From: an uncultured Dehalococcoidales bacterium
Lineage (GTDB): Bacteria; Chloroflexota; Dehalococcoidia; Dehalococcoidales; UBA2162
Length of the DNA: 46,783 nt
Direction of reading: 5' to 3'
Assembly (NCBI GenBank): GCA_964463875.1
Contig: CAYXEG010000003.1
Location: forward strand, 1 to 46,783
Under the pieces are notes generated by a model. The model was not told the origin of the DNA and made no database searches. It saw nothing but the letters and a program-made list of their open reading frames with translations. Below, in pieces: positions 8,777 through 17,765 of this stretch. Position 1 is the stretch's first letter. Each line of letters opens with the position of its first letter. Position numbers and translations under genes: made by a program.

Positions 8777-10167
8777 GAAAAATACTACCGATACTACTGC
8801 TGCTACTCATCGGGGTACCCTTTCTCGCCGGTTGTCCGGGGGCAATAGACGGCCGACCGCCGGAATACTCGGTGGCGAACCCGAGCCTGCTGACGCTGCC
8901 GAACAACTCCAGCATTTTCGTCAGCTACCAGGTCAACCGGGGGAATTCCGGGGAGACGTACCTTCAAAGGTTAGAATTGAACGGTGAAGCCCGATTCTGG
9001 GGTACCAACGGGCTGGAGTTAAGTACGAGCCAGTGGGGTTTCTACGGCAGCGACCGGGAATGCGCCGCGCTGATACCCGACAACGCAGGGAATCTCATCG
9101 CCGTCTACCCGCTCGATGACGGCCTGAAAGCGCAAAAACTGAACACGAAAGGTGATTCCATCTGGCCGGAAGGCGAAGTGCCGGTATCCGGGGAAAAAGT
9201 GTTACCGAACCGGTTCAAAGCAGTCAGCGACCGGGCGGGAGGCGCCCTTATCATCTCTGTTTCGGAAGAAGACCGCCTCACCCTTCGGAGAATAGATACT
9301 CATGGCGACCTGCTGTGGACAACCTCTCTCTCGGAGGAAGCGGACAGGTTCGATATCGCGGTCGATACGAACGGCACCGATTTCGTTATCTGGAAAGACC
9401 GGCCGCCATACAGCGAGGGGGATTTCTTCGTCCAGGTCGTTAATGCAAACGGTGCGATTGTCGGCGAAAACGGCGGATTGCGGCTGACCGACGAGAACAA
9501 CCCCGGGTCGTTCACGAATAATTTCGAAAACCGGATTGTTGCCGACGGCAGCGGCGGAGCGGTGGTTATCTGGGCGGAAGCGATTTTTACCGAAGACCGG
9601 GGCGGCATTACCGGCCACCGGCTGTTCGCCCAGCGGATTGACGGGCAAGGTGAACCTGTGTGGCAGGATGGCGGGCGGCTCGTGACCGGAAGCGACCGGA
9701 TACAAAATCCGCAGATTGTCGAAAGCGAGCCGGGAACGTTCCTGATTTTATGGTCGGATATACGGCGTATCTACGGGCAGAAGATTGACGCCTCCGGCAC
9801 CATCGCCTGGACCGGGGAAGGACGGGAACTGGCCCTGTCCGGAAGCGTCCTGTACTTCACCGTCGCCGGCGACGATGACGGCGGAGCGGTGCTCGCCTGG
9901 AATGACGAACGCCTCTGTGCCCAGAGAATAGACAGCAATGGTTCGAAGCTCTGGGGAGACGAAGGCATAGACGTTTCATCGGCTCCTCCCTACTGGGGAG
10001 AGTACTCGGTGCCGGCACGGGTTTCACCGGACGGCCGGGGTAACTTCATCATCGCCTGGGCATCAGGCAGCACCATCAAGGCGAAGACAACCTCATGGGT
10101 CCAAAAAATAAGCGCTCAGGGCGAACCGCTGTGGGGAAAAGACGGCGTCAGGCTCGGGCTGAAGTAA
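8773..10167 (+). CDS. putative lipoprotein with about 8 repeats of a G-x-x-x-W-G-x-x-G motif (beta-propeller-like; family C)
   Basis: Signal MRKILPILLLLLIGVPFLAGC (lipobox LAGC). Recurrent motifs: NGEARFWGTNG, KGDSIWPEG, HGDLLWTT, QGEPVWQDGG, SGTIAWTGEG, NGSKLWGDEG, QGEPLWGKDG. A paralogue lies at 22107-23093 on the minus strand. Confidence 0.75.
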   Translation: MRKILPILLLLLIGVPFLAGCPGAIDGRPPEYSVANPSLLTLPNNSSIFVSYQVNRGNSGETYLQRLELNGEARFWGTNGLELSTSQWGFYGSDRECAALIPDNAGNLIAVYPLDDGLKAQKLNTKGDSIWPEGEVPVSGEKVLPNRFKAVSDRAGGALIISVSEEDRLTLRRIDTHGDLLWTTSLSEEADRFDIAVDTNGTDFVIWKDRPPYSEGDFFVQVVNANGAIVGENGGLRLTDENNPGSFTNNFENRIVADGSGGAVVIWAEAIFTEDRGGITGHRLFAQRIDGQGEPVWQDGGRLVTGSDRIQNPQIVESEPGTFLILWSDIRRIYGQKIDASGTIAWTGEGRELALSGSVLYFTVAGDDDGGAVLAWNDERLCAQRIDSNGSKLWGDEGIDVSSAPPYWGEYSVPARVSPDGRGNFIIAWASGSTIKAKTTSWVQKISAQGEPLWGKDGVRLGLK

Positions 10168-10180
10168 AAGAAAGGAAATA

Positions 10181-10786
10181 ATGAAACGTTACCTGAATTA
10201 TCTACTGGCTGGCATTGGAATACTCATGGTTGTCGGGGGGTCGATATCCTGCCGAAGTGCAGGCATACCCAGCACTTCGACGAACAGTGATGTGCTTAGT
10301 TACCGGGGTTTTTACCTCAGCGCCGAAGAGGTCGGCCTGACTACCTTTACTCAAGGAACGGTATTCGTCAGGGGAGACAGGGATAACCCGGAGGAAATGA
10401 GGGTCCAGATTGTCGCCCGGGTAGAAATCGATACCGAGGATTTCGGCGGTGTCAGTTTCAATATCCCTCAGGGGTGGAAGGTGGCGACGGTGGTTTCCGA
10501 TTACCCCCAGGGAAACCCGGCTCCGGAAATCTACACGGTCAGCCTGCAAACCGCTGATGAAACGGTGACCTGGCCGGTGATTGTCGAGGTCGGGCGCACC
10601 TCACACATAGCCGGGCAAGCTAACCCGCAGGGCGGAACAGGTACCCTGATTATCGAGCTGTCTCCGGCGTTATCCGGCAGGGAACTCCCGGAAGACATCG
10701 ATATTCTCATCGCCGCCGGCAGTAAAATACCCTCCACTGTCGATGCCGTCCACATGACCCTCAGTATTCCCTTGAACGAGGGCTAA
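10181..10786 (+). CDS. putative secreted protein or lipoprotein, hypothetical
   Basis: N-terminal hydrophobic segment LLAGIGILMVVGGSISC. Tightly packed in the co-directional cluster. I did not recognise a family. Confidence 0.6.
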   Translation: MKRYLNYLLAGIGILMVVGGSISCRSAGIPSTSTNSDVLSYRGFYLSAEEVGLTTFTQGTVFVRGDRDNPEEMRVQIVARVEIDTEDFGGVSFNIPQGWKVATVVSDYPQGNPAPEIYTVSLQTADETVTWPVIVEVGRTSHIAGQANPQGGTGTLIIELSPALSGRELPEDIDILIAAGSKIPSTVDAVHMTLSIPLNEG

Positions 10787-10814
10787 CGTATGAATAGAGG
10801 ACAATGAAGACGTT

Positions 10815-11993
10815 ATGACTTTACGAATAAAGAGTATTACCCTGCTTTTCCTTATCCTGCTGGTCTGTTTCCTGGCGACCGCCTGCAGCGGGACGGACTC
10901 CGAAGGAGCGGAATCTCCCCCGGCTGTCGAAAACCGGCCGTGTCTGGCGCCCGGTGACGATTTTGTCGCCGGCGTCGAAGTCACCGATGCCTGGTGCACT
11001 GCCGGTGACGAATCGGCCTTTGTTTTTCGCTTCAGCTTGAACAACCTGAAAAACGAACCCGTCGAGGTAACCTGCACCTGGACGCTCAACGAGCCGATGT
11101 CGGACCAGCCCTTTTACGAAGGCAGCGCCGAAGCTTCCCTTCCCGCCTCAGGCAAGGAAACCATCGAACTGCCGATAGCGGTAACGAGGTTGTACGACAC
11201 AAGGTTTTATGTCATGTACGTCTGCGTTTTCCAGGACGGCGTTCAGACCGGCTATTACCGGGAGCAAAAAAGCACCTATGACTGGGATTACCGCACCGAA
11301 CCGCCTGTCCGGCGGGAATCGCAGCCGGTCTACCGGCACATCTACACGGACACACTGGTAGAAAGAATGCCTGACGGCACATACAAGGTGACTCTGAATG
11401 ACCTGTTCTTTCTGCCGCCGGGCAGGACCGCTCCTCTGCCGCTGGAAGATATCTCGGTGTCTTTCGATAATGACTCGTTTCCTGCGCCGTTAACAGCCGT
11501 TAACGGGGTGAAACCGGCATACGATTTGGCATTTTCCGATACCGATGGAAACGGCGAACTCTCTGCCGGTGACTACCTGACGGTTAGCGGAGAGGCGAAA
11601 AATCGCTCGATTCGGTTCGAGTACCGCAACGAGCCATCAATCCATTTTTACTCTGACGAAGTCATCGAAACGGAGCAGGCAGGAGCCATCAGAATCGGGA
11701 CTGTCGAGTATCGCCATGTTTCCGATTCGACGGTCCAAGTGAAATTCGAGGTGACGTCCGAAAGCCCGTCACCCAGGGTAAACCTCCGGATTATCCACCC
11801 CGGAGAAGGCGGCTACGGCGAGACGGGGGCTGATTCCGGAACCCCGGTAACCGAAGGCAACACCGGCACCTGGGAAACCGTCATCGACTATTCGAGACAC
11901 AAGGAACGGTCGGATGACACACCGTTGTACCTGCTCATCTTCGCCGGAGACGGCACGAACGAGGTGCTCCATTACGTGTGCGAACTGCCCTGA
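10815..11993 (+). CDS. putative lipoprotein, hypothetical
   Basis: Signal ITLLFLILLVCFLATAC (lipobox-like ATAC). Contains DTDGNGELSAGDYLTVSG, a motif reminiscent of surface or adhesin-like beta domains. Confidence 0.65.
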   Translation: MTLRIKSITLLFLILLVCFLATACSGTDSEGAESPPAVENRPCLAPGDDFVAGVEVTDAWCTAGDESAFVFRFSLNNLKNEPVEVTCTWTLNEPMSDQPFYEGSAEASLPASGKETIELPIAVTRLYDTRFYVMYVCVFQDGVQTGYYREQKSTYDWDYRTEPPVRRESQPVYRHIYTDTLVERMPDGTYKVTLNDLFFLPPGRTAPLPLEDISVSFDNDSFPAPLTAVNGVKPAYDLAFSDTDGNGELSAGDYLTVSGEAKNRSIRFEYRNEPSIHFYSDEVIETEQAGAIRIGTVEYRHVSDSTVQVKFEVTSESPSPRVNLRIIHPGEGGYGETGADSGTPVTEGNTGTWETVIDYSRHKERSDDTPLYLLIFAGDGTNEVLHYVCELP

Positions 11994-12009
11994 TAGAGAG
12001 GCTCGAGCA

Positions 12010-12069
12010 ATGAACCGGAAAATGAAAAAGCTGATAACAACAGGAGTAGCGCTGCTGTTGCATGAATAA
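12010..12069 (+). CDS. possible 19-aa mini-ORF (MNRKMKKLITTGVALLLHE), signal-peptide-like remnant or leader peptide
   Basis: GAGAGG lies upstream. It looks like a truncated signal peptide and sits in the 94-nt gap before the LuxE-like gene. Confidence 0.15.
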   Translation: MNRKMKKLITTGVALLLHE

Positions 12070-12087
12070 GAAAAAGGTACCGATGGT

Positions 12088-13485
12088 ATGGATATAAAAG
12101 ACATCCTTGCACAACTGACGAAGGTTTCGCAGGACTGGGCGTCAGGTAAGAAGTATGACGCGGTAAGGGCTGGAGAATTGAGGCGGGAAGCGATTCGGCT
12201 GAACCACCGTCATTACCTGAAAACCATACCTCTTTACCGAAAGCTGGCTGAAGAGGAAGGCTGTGACGGGGAGACGGACATCGATACCCTTAAAAAGAAG
12301 CTGATGCTCTCCGCCGATATCTTCAAGAGTTACCGGCAGTCGTGGCTCGACAACAATGATTATGAAAGTATGACCGGCTGGCTCACCGGGCTGTTTCACC
12401 GGGAAATCAAAGTCGATACCGAAGGAGTGACGAGTATCGACGGCTGGATTGACCGGCTCGGCATGGCCGGCGTGCACGTCGTCTACAGTTCGGGGACGTC
12501 CGGAACCTTCTCCTTCGTTCCCCGCGAAAAAGAGGACTGGCAGCGGGCGTCGCACTTCAACACTTCCTGCCTGGCCCCCCTGCTGGCGCCGAAGATACTG
12601 GGGAATTCAATCAAAGGTAAACTGGCGAAATCGGCTCTCCGTCTGAAGTCCGCCGACCGGCTCGGCAGCCTGGCCGGAAGCGGCGGGCTGACCGATTTCG
12701 AGGCGGTGTTCCTCGGCTTCCGGGGAGGCCGGATGGGAAACCAGGCATTGATAACCGAACTGGCGCCGTTATTCGGCAGGGTTTCGTACCTCTACGATAT
12801 CGAAATCACCGGCAGCGCCCTGCGTGCTCTTACCCGGGGTGCCCGGAACGACGAAGAACGGAAAGCGGTCAAGGCGCTGCAGGATGAAGCTGTCGGGCGC
12901 AGCAGAGAAAACTGCCGCCGGATAACCGAAAACCTTAACGCCTCCGCCGAAGCCGGACGAAAGGTGTTTATATTCGGAGCGCCGTACCAGTTCAAGGAAC
13001 TGGGCGAATTCATATCCGGGAGTAACCGGCAACCAGCTTTGAAAAAAGGCAGCCTTGCCCTGTTCGGCGGCGGCTGGAAGAGCTTCGCCGGAGAGGCGGT
13101 TGACCGAGCCTCGCTCGTCGCTCTGATGGGCGATTCGCTGAACCTTCCGGAAGCAATGATACTGGAAGGCTATTCGATGACGGAAAGCAACGTCCTGACC
13201 CTGCGCTGCGGTCACGGCAGATTTCATATTCCGCCGGTCATCGAACCGGTGATATTCGATGAAGAACTGAACCCGGTCGAGGGCGACGATATCCGGGGAA
13301 TCTACGGATTTCTCGACCCGATGGCCGTTTCGTACCCCGGTTTCCTTATCACCAATGACGTCGTCCGGCTGGTGAACGGTACCTGCCCCTGCGGCCTGAG
13401 CGGGTACGCAGTGACGGAAATCGGGCGCCTTGCCGGGAGCGAAGTAAAAGGCTGCGGCGGCATCATGAGTTCAATGCAGGTATGA
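12088..13485 (+). CDS. acyl-protein synthetase, LuxE family (adenylate-forming)
   Basis: 465 aa. Nucleotide-binding motif VVYSSGTSGTFSFVPR. Overall LuxE-like layout. A Cys in KGCGGIMSSMQV lies ten residues from the C-terminus, where (from memory) the acylated Cys of luminous-bacterial LuxE sits. Confidence 0.7.
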   Translation: MDIKDILAQLTKVSQDWASGKKYDAVRAGELRREAIRLNHRHYLKTIPLYRKLAEEEGCDGETDIDTLKKKLMLSADIFKSYRQSWLDNNDYESMTGWLTGLFHREIKVDTEGVTSIDGWIDRLGMAGVHVVYSSGTSGTFSFVPREKEDWQRASHFNTSCLAPLLAPKILGNSIKGKLAKSALRLKSADRLGSLAGSGGLTDFEAVFLGFRGGRMGNQALITELAPLFGRVSYLYDIEITGSALRALTRGARNDEERKAVKALQDEAVGRSRENCRRITENLNASAEAGRKVFIFGAPYQFKELGEFISGSNRQPALKKGSLALFGGGWKSFAGEAVDRASLVALMGDSLNLPEAMILEGYSMTESNVLTLRCGHGRFHIPPVIEPVIFDEELNPVEGDDIRGIYGFLDPMAVSYPGFLITNDVVRLVNGTCPCGLSGYAVTEIGRLAGSEVKGCGGIMSSMQV

Positions 13486-13498
13486 CGGGAAGCGCACT

Positions 13499-15025
13499 AT
13501 GAAAGAACTTCGCGACAGGTACGGATTACTGAAGAACGATAACGGCGTCATACGGGTGCCGTTTCTCATCAAAGGCAGGCTGTCCGTTCCTCCGGAAATT
13601 CCAAAAGAACAGATAGAGCAGGCTTTTGCGGGGGAAGAAAAGGACGCCGTCTACGCCCGGCTGCCGGAAGCGCAGGTTATCCGGGAAAGGATTATCGACC
13701 GCGAGACGATGAAGTATACCGGCGATTACCTCTATTCGGTCATGCCGGTTTTTTCGCCCGAGGACATCATCGAAACGGATACCTCGAAACCGGCGGATGA
13801 ACTGTATTCGCTGCCGGTCGAATCAATCCTCGACTATCTGGAAGAAATTATGGCGGTTTTGGAGAAAGATTTTCTCATTGCCGTGGAGGTACTGGCGCTC
13901 TACCGGAAAACATCCGAGTACCCGGATGTTTTCATCGAGCAGTGGCTTGCCGGCATGCAATCGGTTTTCAGTCGGGAACAGGCCCGGCAGATGATTGACA
14001 ACGAGCTGTCATTCGGAGGGATACCGGGCAGCGCTTTCCTCGAAGGCTGGGTGAACACAAACAGCGCCGGCGGAGCGACGGTACGGGCGATGCCCACCCG
14101 GCAACTGCACATCACCGCCGGAAACGTGCCGGAAGTACCGCTCCTTTCGGCGGTACGGGCGATTCTCACCAAGTCCTGTTCAGCGGTGAAACTGCCCTTC
14201 GGGGCGGTGCTGCCGGGAGCGTTGTTCGCCCTGGCGGCGGCAGCTGTGCCCGACCACCCGATTACCCGCAACCTTTCGTTCGTCTACTGGCAGGGCGGCG
14301 ACCGGGCAATCGAAGACCGGCTTTTCTCATCGGGAGTCTTCGACCGGATAATCGTCTGGGGTTCTCCGGAAGCGGTCACCTCGGTGCAATCGAGAGCGCT
14401 CTTCACCAGAATCGTCACCCTCAACCCGCGCTACGGCGTCAGCCTGATTGGGAAAGAAGCGTTCGGCAACCTCGAAGAAGCGGCAACCCTGGCGGCGGCG
14501 GACGTCATGATATACGACCAGAAGGCCTGTACCTCCTCGCTGGTCCAGTACGTGGAAGGGACGGAGGAACAGGCGAACGAGTACGCTGAAATACTCCGGA
14601 ACATCCTGGCGGAATGGGACGCGAAAGCCCCCGGGTTCATCGCTCCGTCAGCCCTCGGACGGATAAAGCGGCTCCGGCGGGGGAAGTACCTCAGCGCCGG
14701 CTGGCACATCAACACGAAAGACGGTGATTTTTCATCGGGCGTAGCGGTCGTTCCCGGCGAGTTCGATATCCTCGACCATCCGATGAGCCGGCTGGTGGTA
14801 GTGAGGCCGGTGCCGAAGCTGGAGGAAGCTTTGAACTACCTCAGCCGGTACGTCTCAACGGCCGGGGTGTACCCCGAAGAACGCCGGCTCGAACTCAGGG
14901 ACAGGATAGCCGCGAGAGGGGTTTCGAGCGTCCTGCCGCTGGGAAGCTGCGACCGGGCATGGGCAGGCATGCCGCACGACGACATGCTGGTGCTGAGCGA
15001 ACTTATCGACTGGAAGAACGGATAA
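13499..15025 (+). CDS. acyl-CoA/acyl-protein reductase, LuxC family (aldehyde-dehydrogenase-like)
   Basis: 508 aa. LHITAGNVPEVPLLSAVRAILTKSCSAVKLP matches the LuxC AGN-x-P motif region. Candidate catalytic Cys in YDQKACTSS. Immediately follows the LuxE-like gene. Confidence 0.7.
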   Translation: MKELRDRYGLLKNDNGVIRVPFLIKGRLSVPPEIPKEQIEQAFAGEEKDAVYARLPEAQVIRERIIDRETMKYTGDYLYSVMPVFSPEDIIETDTSKPADELYSLPVESILDYLEEIMAVLEKDFLIAVEVLALYRKTSEYPDVFIEQWLAGMQSVFSREQARQMIDNELSFGGIPGSAFLEGWVNTNSAGGATVRAMPTRQLHITAGNVPEVPLLSAVRAILTKSCSAVKLPFGAVLPGALFALAAAAVPDHPITRNLSFVYWQGGDRAIEDRLFSSGVFDRIIVWGSPEAVTSVQSRALFTRIVTLNPRYGVSLIGKEAFGNLEEAATLAAADVMIYDQKACTSSLVQYVEGTEEQANEYAEILRNILAEWDAKAPGFIAPSALGRIKRLRRGKYLSAGWHINTKDGDFSSGVAVVPGEFDILDHPMSRLVVVRPVPKLEEALNYLSRYVSTAGVYPEERRLELRDRIAARGVSSVLPLGSCDRAWAGMPHDDMLVLSELIDWKNG

Positions 15026-16060
15026 ATGAAAACAAAGCTGACTATTTGCATTCTGGCGATACTGCTGGCCGGTTCGGCGGGTTGTACCAAGGATGTTGAT
15101 ACAGCCGCAACAAACGATGATGAATCATCCGCCGGCGGCTGGGAACTGGTCTATGAAGCCGATAACGGCAGCCAGCTAAGAGATCTCTATTTTTCCGACG
15201 ACAATAACGGCTGGGCATGCGGCAGCGCCGGACTGCTCCTCCACACCCCGGACGGAGGGGATACCTGGTACCAGGTCGAAACCGGGACGGAGAACGACCT
15301 GACCTGCCTGCATTTCTTCAATGATAAAAAGGGGGTAATTGCCAGTCTTCAGGCAAGCATCGGCGCCACGTCTGACGGCGGGAAAAACTGGCAATGGCAG
15401 AAACCGGAACTACTCGGCAAAGGCGGTTACCTGGACGTCTTTTTTACCGACCGGCGGAACGGTTGGCTGGTCAGCAACGTCGGGACAATACTCCGGACGA
15501 GAGACGGCGGGGCAACCTGGGAAAAACAGGAAAGCGGGACGACCCGGCACCTGGCGGCCGTCTTTTTCATCGATGCGAAAACCGGCTGGATAATCAGCGA
15601 GCGTTCCGTCCTCAGCACCACCGACGGCGGGAAAAACTGGAATAAAACACAACCGGACGTCTCCCTGGCAAGCGGTACCTTCTTTACCGATATCTACTTT
15701 ATCGATAAGCAGGAAGGCTGGATTACCACCACCGCCATGGCAAGTTCCCTGTGGGAAGCGACGGCAACCCTGCTTCATACCACCGACGGCGGCAGAACCT
15801 GGGCGGCTGCGCCCTCCCCGCCGGAAAAATGGCTGAAAGCCGTCATCATGACCGACAACACGACCGGCTGGCTGGCCGGCAGCGAGCACCTCTCCTACAC
15901 GAATGACGGAGGCGCAACCTGGACGGCGCGGCTGGACAGCGGCGGCGACCCGTTCGTCGATATCGTCATCACCGAAAACAACCGGCTCTACGCCCTCACC
16001 TTCACGGGTAAAATCTACCGGCACCCTGATGCCCTGCGGGTGGGAAAAACCGGAGTATAG
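15026..16060 (+). CDS. lipoprotein with six BNR/Asp-box (DGG-x-TW) repeats, Ycf48-like/sialidase-like beta-propeller
   Basis: Lipobox LAGSAGC. Repeats: PDGGDTW, SDGGKNW, RDGGATW, TDGGKNW, TDGGRTW, NDGGATW. Its ATG directly abuts the LuxC TAA stop (15023-15028 TAAATG). Confidence 0.8.
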   Translation: MKTKLTICILAILLAGSAGCTKDVDTAATNDDESSAGGWELVYEADNGSQLRDLYFSDDNNGWACGSAGLLLHTPDGGDTWYQVETGTENDLTCLHFFNDKKGVIASLQASIGATSDGGKNWQWQKPELLGKGGYLDVFFTDRRNGWLVSNVGTILRTRDGGATWEKQESGTTRHLAAVFFIDAKTGWIISERSVLSTTDGGKNWNKTQPDVSLASGTFFTDIYFIDKQEGWITTTAMASSLWEATATLLHTTDGGRTWAAAPSPPEKWLKAVIMTDNTTGWLAGSEHLSYTNDGGATWTARLDSGGDPFVDIVITENNRLYALTFTGKIYRHPDALRVGKTGV

Positions 16061-16101
16061 GAGAAAAGCCAATCGTTTACGCGACGAGGCTGGAGAAGTA
16101 A

Positions 16102-16632
16102 ATGAAAAAAATATCGATAATTCAGATAGCCGCCGGAGCATTGCTGATTGCTTCCTACTTTATATTCATCAGACTGGTGCAGCCGGGATATTACAGGATG
16201 GAAATTCTGGATATCAACGGAGTAATCATCGGCGGTTCTATAGGCAGCCCGTCATGGGCGGTTACGCCGGCGCTGGTTATCTGGACGGCCGGTTACCCGC
16301 TGCTTGGAATACTGGTGACCGGCTGCGGGGTATCGCGGCTCATTAAAAACTACCGGGGACAGGCAACAAGGAAGCTGGATATCGCCCAGGTTGTTTTCGG
16401 TGCTCTCCTCCTGGCCTTGATGATTATGTTCGTGACAAGCTATGAGCCTCACTGGCCGAATTACGCATCAACAAAGGTAATACAAGGTTTCCCCGGAGCC
16501 GTCGAAGTCCGCCATAACCCCGGATGGGTTGCCGGGATGAACGCGTGGAAAATAGGCATGTTCTGCCTCGGCCCGGTCATTACCGCCAGCGGGGGATGGA
16601 CTCTATTGAAATCGAGAAAGATTGAACGATGA
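16102..16632 (+). CDS. integral membrane protein, hypothetical (about 5 TM)
   Basis: Multiple hydrophobic helices (IIQIAAGALLIASYFIFI, ALVIWTAGYPLLGILVTGCG, VVFGALLLALMIMFV, IGMFCLGPVITASGGW). Its stop overlaps the next ATG (ATGA at 16629). Confidence 0.65.
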   Translation: MKKISIIQIAAGALLIASYFIFIRLVQPGYYRMEILDINGVIIGGSIGSPSWAVTPALVIWTAGYPLLGILVTGCGVSRLIKNYRGQATRKLDIAQVVFGALLLALMIMFVTSYEPHWPNYASTKVIQGFPGAVEVRHNPGWVAGMNAWKIGMFCLGPVITASGGWTLLKSRKIER

Positions 16633-17747
16633 AAGTAACGTTGTATTCGCTGATTCTGATGCTATTAACGGTTGCAGGTATCACCACCGCCTGCACCCCC
16701 CCGGAACAGCCGTACCTGATGCCGGTCACGGACTTTTCTTTCACCGGTTTGTGGGATGAGATTCAGGAAACCACGGGGGCAAGCGGCAACCAGACGCACC
16801 TTCAGTCCTTCGATTTGCGAATCAAGAATGATAAAGTAATGTCCGGTTCTGCCAGATTCAGCTCTATCGATAACGCGGGGCATGATATCTTTTACAGGGT
16901 TGATACGGATACCAGGGGAAAACTGCAATGGAACGGCCGGGGCACGAAAGATATTCTACCGCCCATAGGCCTCAGGTATGACCCGGCAAAAACCTTCGCC
17001 GAACTTGACCGTCTCGGGGTAGAGGCAGTTATCGATAGCGCCCGGAGTGTCGGCGTAAGAATCGAGAATATCTACAATGAACGGCAGTATGACTACGCTG
17101 ATATGTTCCGGCTGGATGACGGTGAATTACTGCCGCTGCGGGAAGCTTCTTTCCCGAAGGACGCCGTGGCAGTACAGATTCAGGTTGACCGGTCCTACGA
17201 GCGGGAAGAAGCGGCTCCTTTCGCCCTCGGCAGATTCAGAGTGACGAGCGAATGGTGGTTCACCGGGAACGACCTCGAAAAGGCCGATTCGGTCGTATTC
17301 GCGAAAAACCGGCAGGGGCCGGAATTCGTCGGTTTCCTCAAAGGCGTTTATGAGGCATTGCCGGAAGGCTGGGAAATGAGCCTCAGTACCCATGAAGGAC
17401 ACATGAATCCGCCGGAGGGACTGGAAGAACCGCTTTTCGTCCTGATTTTCGAAGATACGGTCAATTCGTTCACCCTGCCGGCCGACCCGGCGAACACTCC
17501 GATTGTTCCCGGCCTGCGGCTCTTTTTCTACGACATCGCTGAAAAAGAAGCCCGCATGGAAAAAATCGAACAGCAGCAGCAATACTCGTGGGATATTCCG
17601 GTTTACTACGACGAAAGTCCTTTGTACCTTGCCGTCACCTCGCCGGTGTATATCAATTCCGGCCATTACGGAGAGGAAGAAATAACGTATTACCGGGTGC
17701 TGGAGAAAGCGCTGAAGGAATTTTTCGATGGAGAAAGAACCGAATAA
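16629..17747 (+). CDS. putative lipoprotein (family D)
   Basis: Signal LILMLLTVAGITTAC. FTGLWDEIQETTGASG.. and YADMFRLDDGELLPLREASFP align with the next gene product. Confidence 0.7.
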   Translation: MKVTLYSLILMLLTVAGITTACTPPEQPYLMPVTDFSFTGLWDEIQETTGASGNQTHLQSFDLRIKNDKVMSGSARFSSIDNAGHDIFYRVDTDTRGKLQWNGRGTKDILPPIGLRYDPAKTFAELDRLGVEAVIDSARSVGVRIENIYNERQYDYADMFRLDDGELLPLREASFPKDAVAVQIQVDRSYEREEAAPFALGRFRVTSEWWFTGNDLEKADSVVFAKNRQGPEFVGFLKGVYEALPEGWEMSLSTHEGHMNPPEGLEEPLFVLIFEDTVNSFTLPADPANTPIVPGLRLFFYDIAEKEARMEKIEQQQQYSWDIPVYYDESPLYLAVTSPVYINSGHYGEEEITYYRVLEKALKEFFDGERTE

Positions 17748-17765
17748 CATAGCGAGGAGATACCG

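Noticed and set aside
12088-15025. A bioluminescence (lux) operon
   Set aside because: Only LuxE- and LuxC-like genes are present. No luxA/luxB luciferase, luxD thioesterase or luxG was seen in the window.
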